Below the pieces are notes generated by a model. It saw nothing but the letters and a program-made list of their open reading frames with translations. It did not search any database and had not been told where the DNA came from. From assembly GCA_963783385.1 (NCBI GenBank), contig CAWANJ010000009.1:736001-800000 (forward strand): a DNA stretch of 64,000 bases, given 5' to 3'. The stretch is from an uncultured Gemmatimonadales bacterium (GTDB taxonomy: Bacteria; Gemmatimonadota; Gemmatimonadetes; Palauibacterales; Palauibacteraceae). Every line of letters starts with the position of its first letter. Within the stretch, counting starts at the first letter, position 1. A program made the position numbers and the translations under genes. Positions 40,520 to 50,032 of the stretch are shown here, piece after piece.

Positions 40520-42597
40520 CCCGTCGTCCGGACGCAGCCATCCCGCGATCGTTCCCGGCCGCCGGTCTCCTCCTGGCCGCCGGTCTCCTACTGGCCTTCG
40601 CGCTCCTGGTGGGCGTGGCGCGGCCTGCCGCGGCGGCCGGACGCGGCGCGGCCCGGTTCCGGCGCGCCGACACCACGTCGGCCGACACGGCCTCGAGCCG
40701 GTCGGACACGGTCCATCTCCCCGGGCTCGTGGTGACGGCCTACCGGCTGCCTGTGCCGCGGGACGCCGTGGTGAGTGATGTCACGGTCCTCGACTCGGCC
40801 GCCATCCGCCGCAGCGGCGCCATCCACGTGCTCGACCTCCTGCGGCGGGTGCCGGCGGCCACCGTGGTGCAGGGCGGCTCCTGGGGCAGCCCCGCGTCCC
40901 TGTTCCTGCGGGGAGGGGAGAGCAACTACGTCAAGGTCCTGGTGGACGGCGTGCCGGTGAACCAGGCGGGGGGAGACTTCGACTTCTCCACCCTGACCAC
41001 GGCCGGAGTGCGGCGGATCGAGGTCGTCCGCGGGCCCACCAGCGTCCTGTACGGCTCGGACGCCGTGACCGGGGTGATCCAGATCTTCACGAAACGGGGG
41101 GAGGGTCCACCGCGGCTCACGGCGCGGGCGGGGGCGGGGACGTTCGGGAGTCTGGATGGCTCGGTGCACGTCGGGGGCGGGACGCGCGTCGTTCACTACG
41201 GCGCCTCGGTGAGCCGGTTCTCGACGGACGGCACCCTCCCCTTCAACGACGGTTACGGCAACACCACCGCCGCCGGCAGCATTCGCCTGCAGCCCGACTC
41301 CGGGACCCGGGCCACCCTCACCGGCCGCTACGAGGCGTTCACGGCCCACTTCCCGACCGACGGATCGGGACGGATCGTGGACCGGAACCAGTACCGCGAC
41401 GGCCGCAGCTTCGTGCTCGGCCTGTCGGCGACCCGCAGCCTGAGCGGGAAGGTGACCGCGCACCTCCAGGCTGGCACCCACGAGTCCTGGTCGGGGCTGC
41501 ACGACGCGCCCGACGGCCCGGCCGACACCTCGGGCTACTACGCGACGGCGAGCGCGGGCCGGCAGACCCGGCGGGACCTGGATGTTCGGGTGGATGTCCG
41601 GCCCGCGGAAGGGACTACGGTCACGGTCGGCGGCGCATGGGAGCACGAAGCCGGCCTGGACTCCAGCGTCTCCCGGTCCTCCTTCGGACCCTACGAGAGC
41701 CGGCTCGACGCGGGCCGGCACGACCTGGCCGGCTACCTCCAGGTGGTGAGTCGCCCCGTCGCCGGCCTGGCGCTCACGGCCGGCACACGCCTCGACGACG
41801 ACGCGACCTTCGGGCGTTTTGCCACGTGGCGCGCCGGCGCCGCGTATCGGTTCGCGACCGGGACACGGCTCCGGGTAGCGGCCGGCACGGGGTTCAAGGA
41901 GCCCACCTTCCTGGAGAACTTCGGAGGGGGCGGCATCCGCGGGAATCCGGCCCTTGCCCCCGAGCACAGCCGCAGCTGGGAGGTGGGCGTCCGTCAGCCG
42001 CTGGCCTCGGGCCGCCTCACGCTGCACGCCACCTGGTTCGACCAGCGCTTTCGCGACATCATCCAGTTCACCTTCTCGACGCCGACCCCCGACGCCGCCA
42101 ACTACCTCAACGTCCCGAGTGCGGTGGCGCGCGGGCTGGAGACGGGGTTCGAGCTGAGGCCGCTCCCGGACCTCGCCCTCCAGGGGAGCTACACCTACCT
42201 GGACACGAGGGCGCTCGACACCGGCTTCGACACCGGGCCCGAGGCGACCTTCGTGAGGGGTCGCCCCCTGCTCCGCCGACCGACGCATTCCGGGGCGCTG
42301 TCGGCGACCTGGTCGCCGAACGGGCGCGGATCCCTGACCCTGGGCCTCACGGGGGTGGGACCCCGGTGGGATCGCGACTTCTCGGCCGTTCCCGCGGCCC
42401 GGCTCGAGCTTTCCGGCTACCTGCGAACGGACCTGGCGGGGAGCTGGACCCTGGTGCGGACCGGACCGGGACGGCCGGGTCTCCAGGCCACGCTGCGGAT
42501 CGACAACCTGCTGGACCGCCGCTACCTGGAGGCCGTCGGGTATCCCGCCCGCGGTCGGACGATCTTCCTCGGGGCCCGGGCCGGCGTGGCCTTCTGA
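40516..42597 (+). CDS. btuB: TonB-dependent cobalamin receptor
   Basis: Plug motif IEVVRGPTSVLYGSDAVTGVI, C-terminal Phe; under riboswitch control. Confidence 0.85.
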   Translation: MTRRPDAAIPRSFPAAGLLLAAGLLLAFALLVGVARPAAAAGRGAARFRRADTTSADTASSRSDTVHLPGLVVTAYRLPVPRDAVVSDVTVLDSAAIRRSGAIHVLDLLRRVPAATVVQGGSWGSPASLFLRGGESNYVKVLVDGVPVNQAGGDFDFSTLTTAGVRRIEVVRGPTSVLYGSDAVTGVIQIFTKRGEGPPRLTARAGAGTFGSLDGSVHVGGGTRVVHYGASVSRFSTDGTLPFNDGYGNTTAAGSIRLQPDSGTRATLTGRYEAFTAHFPTDGSGRIVDRNQYRDGRSFVLGLSATRSLSGKVTAHLQAGTHESWSGLHDAPDGPADTSGYYATASAGRQTRRDLDVRVDVRPAEGTTVTVGGAWEHEAGLDSSVSRSSFGPYESRLDAGRHDLAGYLQVVSRPVAGLALTAGTRLDDDATFGRFATWRAGAAYRFATGTRLRVAAGTGFKEPTFLENFGGGGIRGNPALAPEHSRSWEVGVRQPLASGRLTLHATWFDQRFRDIIQFTFSTPTPDAANYLNVPSAVARGLETGFELRPLPDLALQGSYTYLDTRALDTGFDTGPEATFVRGRPLLRRPTHSGALSATWSPNGRGSLTLGLTGVGPRWDRDFSAVPAARLELSGYLRTDLAGSWTLVRTGPGRPGLQATLRIDNLLDRRYLEAVGYPARGRTIFLGARAGVAF

Positions 42598-42607
42598 GCG
42601 GCCCCGA

Positions 42608-43888
42608 TCAGCCGGAGACGCGCTCCAGGCAGGCGCGGGCGCTGCGGGCCGGCTCCGAGTCCGGACCGAGGGCCTCCTCGAAGATGGTCACGGCGCGGTC
42701 GTAGGCGTCGATCGCCTCCGGGATCTGACCGAGGTCCTCGAGGTGCAGGCCGAGCCCGAGCAGCTTCTGGCCCACGCCGGGATGGCCGGCCCCGTAGCGA
42801 CGGATATCGGCCTCCAGGCTGTGCCGGTAAAGATCCGTCGCCTCCTCCGTCGAGCCCGTCTCCCGAAGCGCGTCGGCCAGGATCCAGGCCGCGCGGCTCA
42901 CGAGCTCGGGCTCGTCGCGCTCGTAGATCTCCTCGAGCGCCGCGGCGGCTCGGCTCACGGCCTCGTCGGCCTCTCCCTCGCCGAGGGCGAGCTCGGCCAG
43001 GGCCAGCCTGGCCTCTACGAGGAGGGGACGCGCGGCGGGTGACTCGGCCAATTTGGCGAGCTCCAGCGCGCGCACGAGCGCTTCGCGGGACCCGTCGGCA
43101 TCGCCGGCCTGGCGGAGAGTGCGGCCCACGTTGAGGAGAAAGACGGGGATCTGGGGTGCGCCCTCGGGGAGAGCCTCCTCGGCCAGCCTCAGCGCGCGCC
43201 GCGCCTCCTCCCGCGCGTCCTCCAGCCGGTCGAGCTCGACGAGGACCGCGGCATGCTCGTCAGCCAGCACGGCACGGATCGGTCCGTCCAGCAGCCCCCC
43301 TCCAGCCCCGCCTTCGGCGAGCGCGATGGCCCGCGCCAGGGCCCTGCGGGCCTGTTCCGGATCTCCCGAGAGGCCATGGAACGACCCGACGCGGCCGAGG
43401 AGATGCGCCGCGCGGGCCGTGGAGCTCCCGCCCCCCGTCACGTGCCCGGCGGCCGCCTCGATGGCGGGCGCCAGGGCTTCGCTTCGGCCCGTGTCCTCCG
43501 GCTGGCCGATTCGCTCCGGAAAGCCGCGGTCCAGGACGGACAGCGCCAGCCCCGCGAACCGGCTGCGCTCGACTCCGGTCATCGACTCCCGAACGGCGGA
43601 GCCGACCTCCGGCGGCACCCGCACCTCCGCGGCCTCGACCAGGACGAGATGCCGTCCGGCCAGCCTTCGAGCCGGGGCGTCGAGCGCCTCGGCGCCGGCC
43701 GCGGCCACGGCCGCGAGGGGCGGTGGCAGCAGGTCGTGACCCTCCGCGAACAGCCACAGCGGGACCGGACCGGCACCCATGAACGCCAGGATGGCCAGCA
43801 GCTGGCCGTCCTCGTCGGCAGCCTCGCTTCCGCCGGCCGGAGCCGTTCCCGCTCCGCCGCCCGGAGCATCCATCTCCGCGTCGCTCAT
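42608..43888 (-). CDS. Tetratricopeptide-repeat protein
   Basis: Kinesin-light-chain-like TPRs (YGAGHPGVG...AVTIFEEALGPD). Confidence 0.75.
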   Translation of the reverse strand: MSDAEMDAPGGGAGTAPAGGSEAADEDGQLLAILAFMGAGPVPLWLFAEGHDLLPPPLAAVAAAGAEALDAPARRLAGRHLVLVEAAEVRVPPEVGSAVRESMTGVERSRFAGLALSVLDRGFPERIGQPEDTGRSEALAPAIEAAAGHVTGGGSSTARAAHLLGRVGSFHGLSGDPEQARRALARAIALAEGGAGGGLLDGPIRAVLADEHAAVLVELDRLEDAREEARRALRLAEEALPEGAPQIPVFLLNVGRTLRQAGDADGSREALVRALELAKLAESPAARPLLVEARLALAELALGEGEADEAVSRAAAALEEIYERDEPELVSRAAWILADALRETGSTEEATDLYRHSLEADIRRYGAGHPGVGQKLLGLGLHLEDLGQIPEAIDAYDRAVTIFEEALGPDSEPARSARACLERVSG

Positions 43889-44004
43889 GCGCCTCCCTCG
43901 TGTTCGATTCCCCGCCGGGTTCATCCTCGCACGGCGCGCCTTCGGCCGCTAGCTTCCCGCCCGCCCGACCGCACGTCACGCCGCCGGTACCCCGACGAGG
44001 AAAC

Positions 44005-45042
44005 ATGAACGATCGACTGCTCCGGGCCCTCCGTCGCGAGCCCGTCGACCGGACGCCCGTTTGGTTCATGAGACAGGCCGGCCGCTCCCTACCGCGCTAC
44101 CGGCAGATCCGTGGAGAGCGCAGCATGGCGGACATCCTCCGCGACCCGCCCACCGCCGCCGACGTCACGGCTCTGCCGCTCGAGTACTACCCGGTGGACG
44201 CGGCGGTCCTGTTCGCCGACCTGTCCACGCCGTTCGAGGCGGCCGGGCTCCGGGTCCGTATGGTGGAGGGCGTGGGGCCGGTGGTGGACGACCCGATCGA
44301 GTCGCCCTCGGACATCGACCGCCTGCACGCGTTCGACGCCCGGGACGAGCTTGGCCACATCCTCGAGCAGATCCGCATCCTGGTGCCGAGGCTGGACGTC
44401 CCCGTGATCGGGTTCGTCGGAGCCCCGCTCACGCTGTGCTCCTACCTGATCCGCGGTCCGCGGTCGCGCAACCTCGAGGAGACGAAGGCCTTCCTGTGGA
44501 GCGAGCCGGCCGCCGCCGATCGCCTGCTCGCGTTCTGGGCCGAGCAGCTGGCCGGCTTCGCGGTGGCGCAGCACGAGGCAGGCGCCGCGGCCATCCAGGT
44601 GTTCGACTCCTGGGCCGGGGCGCTGGAGCCCGACCTGTACGCGTCCCGCGTCCTGCCCCATTCGCGGGCCCTGCTGGAGCGCCTTCGGGAGGCCGGGGTC
44701 CCCTCCATCCATTTCGCCACCGGCAACCCCCGTCTGCTGCCGCTCGTGGCCGCCGCGGGCGGCGACGCCCTCGGGGTGGACTGGCGTCTCCCGATCGACG
44801 AGGCGTGGGCCGTCGCCGGTCCCGCGCGGGCCGTGCAGGGCAACCTGGACCCGGCCGCCCTGCTGGCCGGGGAGGGCGTGGCCCGGGAGCGGACGCGCGA
44901 CGTGATGGAGCGCGTCGGCCGGCGTCCGGGACACATCTTCAACCTGGGGCATGGCATGCTGCCGGACACCGACCCGGCCGTCGCCCGGGCCGTCGTGGAC
45001 GAAGTCCACGCCTTCGAACCCGCGCCGCGCCCCCAAGTCTGA
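44005..45042 (+). CDS. hemE: Uroporphyrinogen decarboxylase
   Basis: PVWFMRQAGR, QVFDSWAG, QGNLDP, HIFNLGHG. Confidence 0.96.
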   Translation: MNDRLLRALRREPVDRTPVWFMRQAGRSLPRYRQIRGERSMADILRDPPTAADVTALPLEYYPVDAAVLFADLSTPFEAAGLRVRMVEGVGPVVDDPIESPSDIDRLHAFDARDELGHILEQIRILVPRLDVPVIGFVGAPLTLCSYLIRGPRSRNLEETKAFLWSEPAAADRLLAFWAEQLAGFAVAQHEAGAAAIQVFDSWAGALEPDLYASRVLPHSRALLERLREAGVPSIHFATGNPRLLPLVAAAGGDALGVDWRLPIDEAWAVAGPARAVQGNLDPAALLAGEGVARERTRDVMERVGRRPGHIFNLGHGMLPDTDPAVARAVVDEVHAFEPAPRPQV

Positions 45043-45069
45043 ACACTTCATAATAAACTGGAGATTGGC

Positions 45070-46137
45070 ATGCGTATCGGTGTGCTGCTGCTGAACTTCG
45101 GTGAGCCATCCACGGTGGAGGAGCAGGAGGTGCTCCCTTACCTCGAACGCATCTTCCTCGCCAACGCTTCCCTCGAGGCGGACGAGCGCGAGGTTCGCCG
45201 TCGCAGTCGAGAGCTGGCGGAGCGGAGGACGCCCGGGCTGATCGCCGAGTACCGGGCCATCGGAGGCTCGCCGCTGCGAGCCCAGGCGGAGGCGCAGGCC
45301 GAGGCGCTCGGGGAGGAGCTCCGGCGACGCGGCCACGACGCCGTGTCGCTGGTCGGCATGCAGTTCACCTCGCCCTCGATCGCCGACGCGGTGCAGCAAG
45401 CCATGGCGGCTGGCGCCGACCGGCTCGTGGGACTCCCCGTCTACCCGCTGTGCGGACGCTCGACCACGATCGCGGCGCTGGAGAGCCTGGCGGCCGCGGC
45501 CGGCAGGCTCGGCTGGGACGGCCCTCGGCTCGAGATCACCGGCTGGCACCGGCATCCCGACTACCTGGCGCTGCGAGCCGAGGCGATCAGGCGCTGCGCG
45601 CGCTCGGGCGGGATCGACCTGGCCGATCCCTCGGTACGGCTCGTGTTCTCGGCGCATGGCACCCCGCTCCGCTACCTAAATGACGGGACGCGCTACGACC
45701 TGTACGTGCGCGACTACTGCCGCGCGGTGGCCCGGCTCGCGGGAGCCAGCGACTGGCTACTCGGGTTCCAGAACCACGGAAACCGCTCCATTCCATGGAC
45801 GGAGCCCGAGATCGACCAGGTCGTGCGTGGTGTGGAGGCGGACACCATCGTGGTGGACGCTCCGAGCTTCATGCACGAGCAATCCGAGACGCTCTCGGAG
45901 CTCGACATCGAGTTGCGGGAGGTGGCCGAGACGGCGGGCGTGGCGTTCCACCGCGTGCCGGTCCCCCACGCCGACCCCCGCTTCCCCTCCCTGCTCTCCG
46001 ACCTGGTCGAGGCCGTCCTGGCGGACGGCGAGCTGCCCGCCGAGCTCGAAGCTCCGCGCCTCGGAGCGTGCCGCTGCCGGGGGGCGGACGGGGCGCGCTG
46101 CCTGAACGCCGACCTGGAGCGCGACACCGCCGCCTGA
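45070..46137 (+). CDS. hemH: Ferrochelatase
   Basis: GVLLLNFGEP, YRAIGGSPL, FSAHG, W.EP, SETLSELD. Confidence 0.92.
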   Translation: MRIGVLLLNFGEPSTVEEQEVLPYLERIFLANASLEADEREVRRRSRELAERRTPGLIAEYRAIGGSPLRAQAEAQAEALGEELRRRGHDAVSLVGMQFTSPSIADAVQQAMAAGADRLVGLPVYPLCGRSTTIAALESLAAAAGRLGWDGPRLEITGWHRHPDYLALRAEAIRRCARSGGIDLADPSVRLVFSAHGTPLRYLNDGTRYDLYVRDYCRAVARLAGASDWLLGFQNHGNRSIPWTEPEIDQVVRGVEADTIVVDAPSFMHEQSETLSELDIELREVAETAGVAFHRVPVPHADPRFPSLLSDLVEAVLADGELPAELEAPRLGACRCRGADGARCLNADLERDTAA

Positions 46138-46146
46138 GCCGAGCCG

Positions 46147-47490
46147 CTACGAGGCGGCGGGCGCGAGCCGCTCGGCCAGGCGCGCGGCCTGGGAGAGCCG
46201 ACCGGGGATCCCGGGGCGCTCCGACCAGGCCGCACACACCGTGAGCCCCCGCGGAAGGTCGAGCGCGCCCGCGCCCTTCCACGTCCGGTCCCACGCGGGC
46301 ATCCACACCCGGCTGACCAGCATGGGCCGTGCCGGCTCGCCCGTGATGCGCGCGAACTCGTCCGCCGCCAGCGCGGCCGCCGCCTCCTCCTCCAGGTCGG
46401 CCACCTCCTCCCGTCCGGCCCCTCCCAGGAAGGCGGTGTACACCCCTTCCCGAGCCGCCCGCGCTTCCCGCTCGCGGGCCGGCGCCTCCGGGTCGGGCCC
46501 GAACGCCGGCGCGTTCCAGGTCAGGCCCCGCGTCGCCAGGTCCCGCTCGGCCAGGGACACCTGGCAGCCCAGCCCCGGCAGGACACGGTCGGCGAGCAGG
46601 TGGACGACGACCAGGCGGTTGTAGGTCAGGGCCCCAATGCGCCGCGCCGCCGCCGGCGCCACCTCCCGCAGCAGGGGCGCCGCCTCGGGCGCCGGCACGG
46701 TGATGGCGACGCGGTCCGCCCGCACCGCCCACGCGGAGGCGCCGCTCCCCCCGATCGTCACCCGCCAGCCTCCGTTCTCCCGCGCCAGGGCGGTCACGCG
46801 GGCCTGGAGCTTCACCCGGTCGCCGAGCGAGCGGGCCATGGCGCGCGGCAGCGCGGCCATCCCCTCCCGGAAGGTCGCCGGGGGCGGCACCTCGCCCCTT
46901 CGACGCGCCAGTCCGAGGACGGCCAGCCCCAGGCTCCGACCCACCCCGAACCGCCGGAGGACGTGACCGAGGGAGGCCTCCACGAGCATCTCGGCCGGGT
47001 TCGAGCCGTACAGGCCGCCATACAGGGGCCCGACCAGGTTCTCGTACGCCTCGCGGCCCAGCTTGCGGGTGAGGTAGTGGGCCACCGTCTCGCCGGGCCG
47101 GGCGCCCCCGGTGAGGGGCTCCGCCAGCAGCCGGAGCTTTCCGGCCGTGGACAGGAGGTCGGTGCGCAGCAGCCCCCGGGCGGAGAACGGGACCTCGCCG
47201 AGGCGTCCGTCCCGGTACACGAACAGCGGAAGCTCGCCGGGTGACAGGAGAAGCTCGTCTCCCAGCCCCAGCTCCTCGACCAGCTCGCCCACGGCGCCCG
47301 AGGGCCGGATACGCTGGGGTCCGAGCTCCAGGAGACGGCCCTCCCGCGCCTCGGTCCACGTGACCCCTCCGGGGCGGTCCGACGCTTCCAGGACGAGCAC
47401 GTCGGTACCGCGAGCGCCGAGGTCCCGGCCCAGGGCCAGGCCGCTGATGCCTCCTCCCACGATCGCGACGTCGGTCCGCACATCAGGCAT
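46147..47490 (-). CDS. hemY: Proto/coproporphyrinogen oxidase (HemY-type FAD enzyme)
   Basis: VAIVGGGISGL, LEASDRPGG, ELGP, F.EGM..L motifs; next to hemEH. Confidence 0.88.
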   Translation of the reverse strand: MPDVRTDVAIVGGGISGLALGRDLGARGTDVLVLEASDRPGGVTWTEAREGRLLELGPQRIRPSGAVGELVEELGLGDELLLSPGELPLFVYRDGRLGEVPFSARGLLRTDLLSTAGKLRLLAEPLTGGARPGETVAHYLTRKLGREAYENLVGPLYGGLYGSNPAEMLVEASLGHVLRRFGVGRSLGLAVLGLARRRGEVPPPATFREGMAALPRAMARSLGDRVKLQARVTALARENGGWRVTIGGSGASAWAVRADRVAITVPAPEAAPLLREVAPAAARRIGALTYNRLVVVHLLADRVLPGLGCQVSLAERDLATRGLTWNAPAFGPDPEAPAREREARAAREGVYTAFLGGAGREEVADLEEEAAAALAADEFARITGEPARPMLVSRVWMPAWDRTWKGAGALDLPRGLTVCAAWSERPGIPGRLSQAARLAERLAPAAS

Positions 47491-48745
47491 CGGCTCGATC
47501 ACCCCTCGTCTCCGGTGCGTATCGGTACACGATCCAGGCCGCGAGCAGCGCGAGGGCCGCTCCCAACAGGAAGGGCGACTCGAAGCTGACCAGGGCCAGC
47601 AGGCCCGCCAGCAGAGGGCCGAGCGCGATGCCGAGCCCGAAGCCCATGGTGAGGACGCTGAGCTGCCTCCCCTCGCCCCCCGCCGTGGACAGGTCTCCGG
47701 CCAGCGCGAAGGCCGGCGCCGCCACGGCCGCCGAGGCGAGCCCCTGGGCCAGCCGCACGCCGGTGAGCTGCAGGGTCGAGGCGGCCACGCCGAGGAGGGC
47801 CGTGGTCGGGGCCAGGAACAGGAGACCGATGATGATCAGGGGACGGCGCCCCAGTCGGTCCGAGAGCGATCCGAGGGGCACCTGGGAGAGGAGACGGCTC
47901 ACGGTGAGGGCGCTGAACGCCACGCCGAAGCCGACCGCGGACTGGTGCAGCCGCTGGTTGAAGGCGTTCTCGAGGGTCGACATCATCGCGATCGTGGCGG
48001 CCATCACGAACATGGCGCCTCCCAGCGACAGCAGGCCGGGGGACAGGAGCGCCGGGTCGAACACGCGGAACTCGCCTCCGGCCGCCTCGTCGCGCTCGGC
48101 CGGCGGGTCCTCCACCCACGCCTGGACCGCCACCAGCCCGGCCACGATGAACGCGGTACCTGTCAGGAAGGCGGCCGAGAATCCGAAGTGCACTTCGATG
48201 AGGCCGCCGATGAGCGGCCCGACGGCGAAGCCGACCATTCGAAACGTCGTGAACACGCCCATGGCGCCGCCGCGGGTCTTCGGCTCGGTGACCGCCGTCA
48301 TGATCGCCATCGAAGCGGGTATGGTCAGGGCGAAGCCGATCCCCTGGAAGGCGCGGATGATCAGGAGATCGCGGTAGCGTGTGGCCAGAACGAAGGCCGC
48401 GGTCGCGCAGGCCATCACCGCCAGCCCGATCTGGATGAACAGCTTGCGTCGGCCCGTCCGATCGCTGAGGGCGCCGGTGAGCGGCTGAGCGGCCGCGTTC
48501 ACCAGGCCGTAGAGCGCGATGAGGATCCCGACCAGGACCGACCGGGGCAACCGGAACCAGGGCGCCGGGAGCCGTGCCACGTACAGCGGGATGACGATGA
48601 TCAGGATGCTGTTCCCGATCCCGTCGCCCAGCCGGGCGACCGACAGGGCCAGGACGGCCCGGTTCGCCCCCAGCCGTATCCTCAGCCGCTCCAGCGCCCT
48701 CCTCGCGTCCGACACGGGCCCCGCGAAGCGCAAGGACTCTGCCAC
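47483..48745 (-). CDS. MFS transporter
   Basis: GALSDRTGRR and GSLSDRLGRR motif A; ~12 TMs. Confidence 0.9.
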   Translation of the reverse strand: MAESLRFAGPVSDARRALERLRIRLGANRAVLALSVARLGDGIGNSILIIVIPLYVARLPAPWFRLPRSVLVGILIALYGLVNAAAQPLTGALSDRTGRRKLFIQIGLAVMACATAAFVLATRYRDLLIIRAFQGIGFALTIPASMAIMTAVTEPKTRGGAMGVFTTFRMVGFAVGPLIGGLIEVHFGFSAAFLTGTAFIVAGLVAVQAWVEDPPAERDEAAGGEFRVFDPALLSPGLLSLGGAMFVMAATIAMMSTLENAFNQRLHQSAVGFGVAFSALTVSRLLSQVPLGSLSDRLGRRPLIIIGLLFLAPTTALLGVAASTLQLTGVRLAQGLASAAVAAPAFALAGDLSTAGGEGRQLSVLTMGFGLGIALGPLLAGLLALVSFESPFLLGAALALLAAWIVYRYAPETRGDRADA

Positions 48746-48837
48746 GTTCGGGGGGACGCTGCCGGGCCCCGTGCGCGGCCGGGAGCCCGCGCGCCGGGGT
48801 CCCGACCGGGCCCGCGGACGAAGCGATCAGCCGCCGC

Positions 48838-49866
48838 TCACGTGCCGGACTCACCATCGACGTCCGGCTCGTCTTCGGCCACGCGGCGGCGGGCCCGACG
48901 GGCGAGCGCCTCCTTGTCCAGGTGGCGCTCGATCTCCTCGGCCGACCCGGCTCCCTCCCCCGCTGCACGGGACGGCTCCACGGCCCCCGCCGGCAGCTCC
49001 GGCGTGCTTCCCTCGGCCAGAGCCTTCGGGGAGGCCGCCTCCACCTGTCCCGGCGCGTCCGCGGCGCCGCCCTTCTCCGCCGACGTGCCGGCGGCCCCGG
49101 TCCGCTTCCCGAACAGGCCCTGCAGCGGTCCGGAGAACAGGTCGATCGGCAGCGGGAACAGCGTGGTGGAGTTGTTCTCCGCCGCGATCTCCGAGGCCGT
49201 CTGGAGGAAGCGCAGCTGAAGCGAAGCGGGCTCCTGGCTGAGCAGGCCCGCGGCGTCCCGGAGCTTGATGGCGGCCTGGAACTCGCCCTCGGCGCTGATG
49301 ACCTTGGCCCGCCGCTCCCGCTCGGCCTCCGCCTGCCGGGCCATGGCGCGCTTCATCTCCTGCGGCAGGTCCACGTCCTTGACCTCCACGCCGGTCACGT
49401 CGATGCCCCACGGATCCGTGCCCTCGTCGATGATGTCGCGCAGGATCTCGTTGAACCTCTCGCGCTCGGCCAGCAGGTGGTCGAGGTCCGCCTGACCGAT
49501 GACCGAGCGCAGCGTGGTCTGGGCCAGCTGCGAGGTCGCGAACAGGTAGTCCTCGATCTCGAGCACCGCCTTGAGCGGGTCCGCGACCTTGAAGTACAGG
49601 ACGGCGTTCACCTTGACGGACACGTTGTCCCGCGTGATCACGTCCTGCGGAGGGATGTCCATGGCGATGACGCGCAGGCTCACGCGCTCCATGCGCTCCA
49701 CCGCGAAGGGCACCATGAAGATCAGGCCGGGACCGCGCAGCGGTCGCACGCGTCCCAGGCGAAACACGACGGCTCGCTCGTACTCCTTGAGGACGCGCAG
49801 GCTCGTGGACACGGCCAGCGCGCCGCCGAAGGCGATGATCGCGTAGAGGATCTCCATGGAGTCCAT
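48838..49866 (-). CDS. SPFH/stomatin (slipin) family protein
   Basis: [44 protein letters not shown]. Confidence 0.93.
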   Translation of the reverse strand: MDSMEILYAIIAFGGALAVSTSLRVLKEYERAVVFRLGRVRPLRGPGLIFMVPFAVERMERVSLRVIAMDIPPQDVITRDNVSVKVNAVLYFKVADPLKAVLEIEDYLFATSQLAQTTLRSVIGQADLDHLLAERERFNEILRDIIDEGTDPWGIDVTGVEVKDVDLPQEMKRAMARQAEAERERRAKVISAEGEFQAAIKLRDAAGLLSQEPASLQLRFLQTASEIAAENNSTTLFPLPIDLFSGPLQGLFGKRTGAAGTSAEKGGAADAPGQVEAASPKALAEGSTPELPAGAVEPSRAAGEGAGSAEEIERHLDKEALARRARRRVAEDEPDVDGESGT

Positions 49867-50032
49867 CACCGGAGGTTGGGGGGCGCAGAGGCTCCTCGAC
49901 TCACCAACAGTAGCACGGGCGGGGATCGCTCCACAAAGAGGCGGCGCGGTGGCGGGGACGGCGGCGGTTCGACAAGCTACGTTCCGTTGCGACCGAAGCC
50001 CCTCACTTCGCACTCCCCGGAGGACGGACAGC

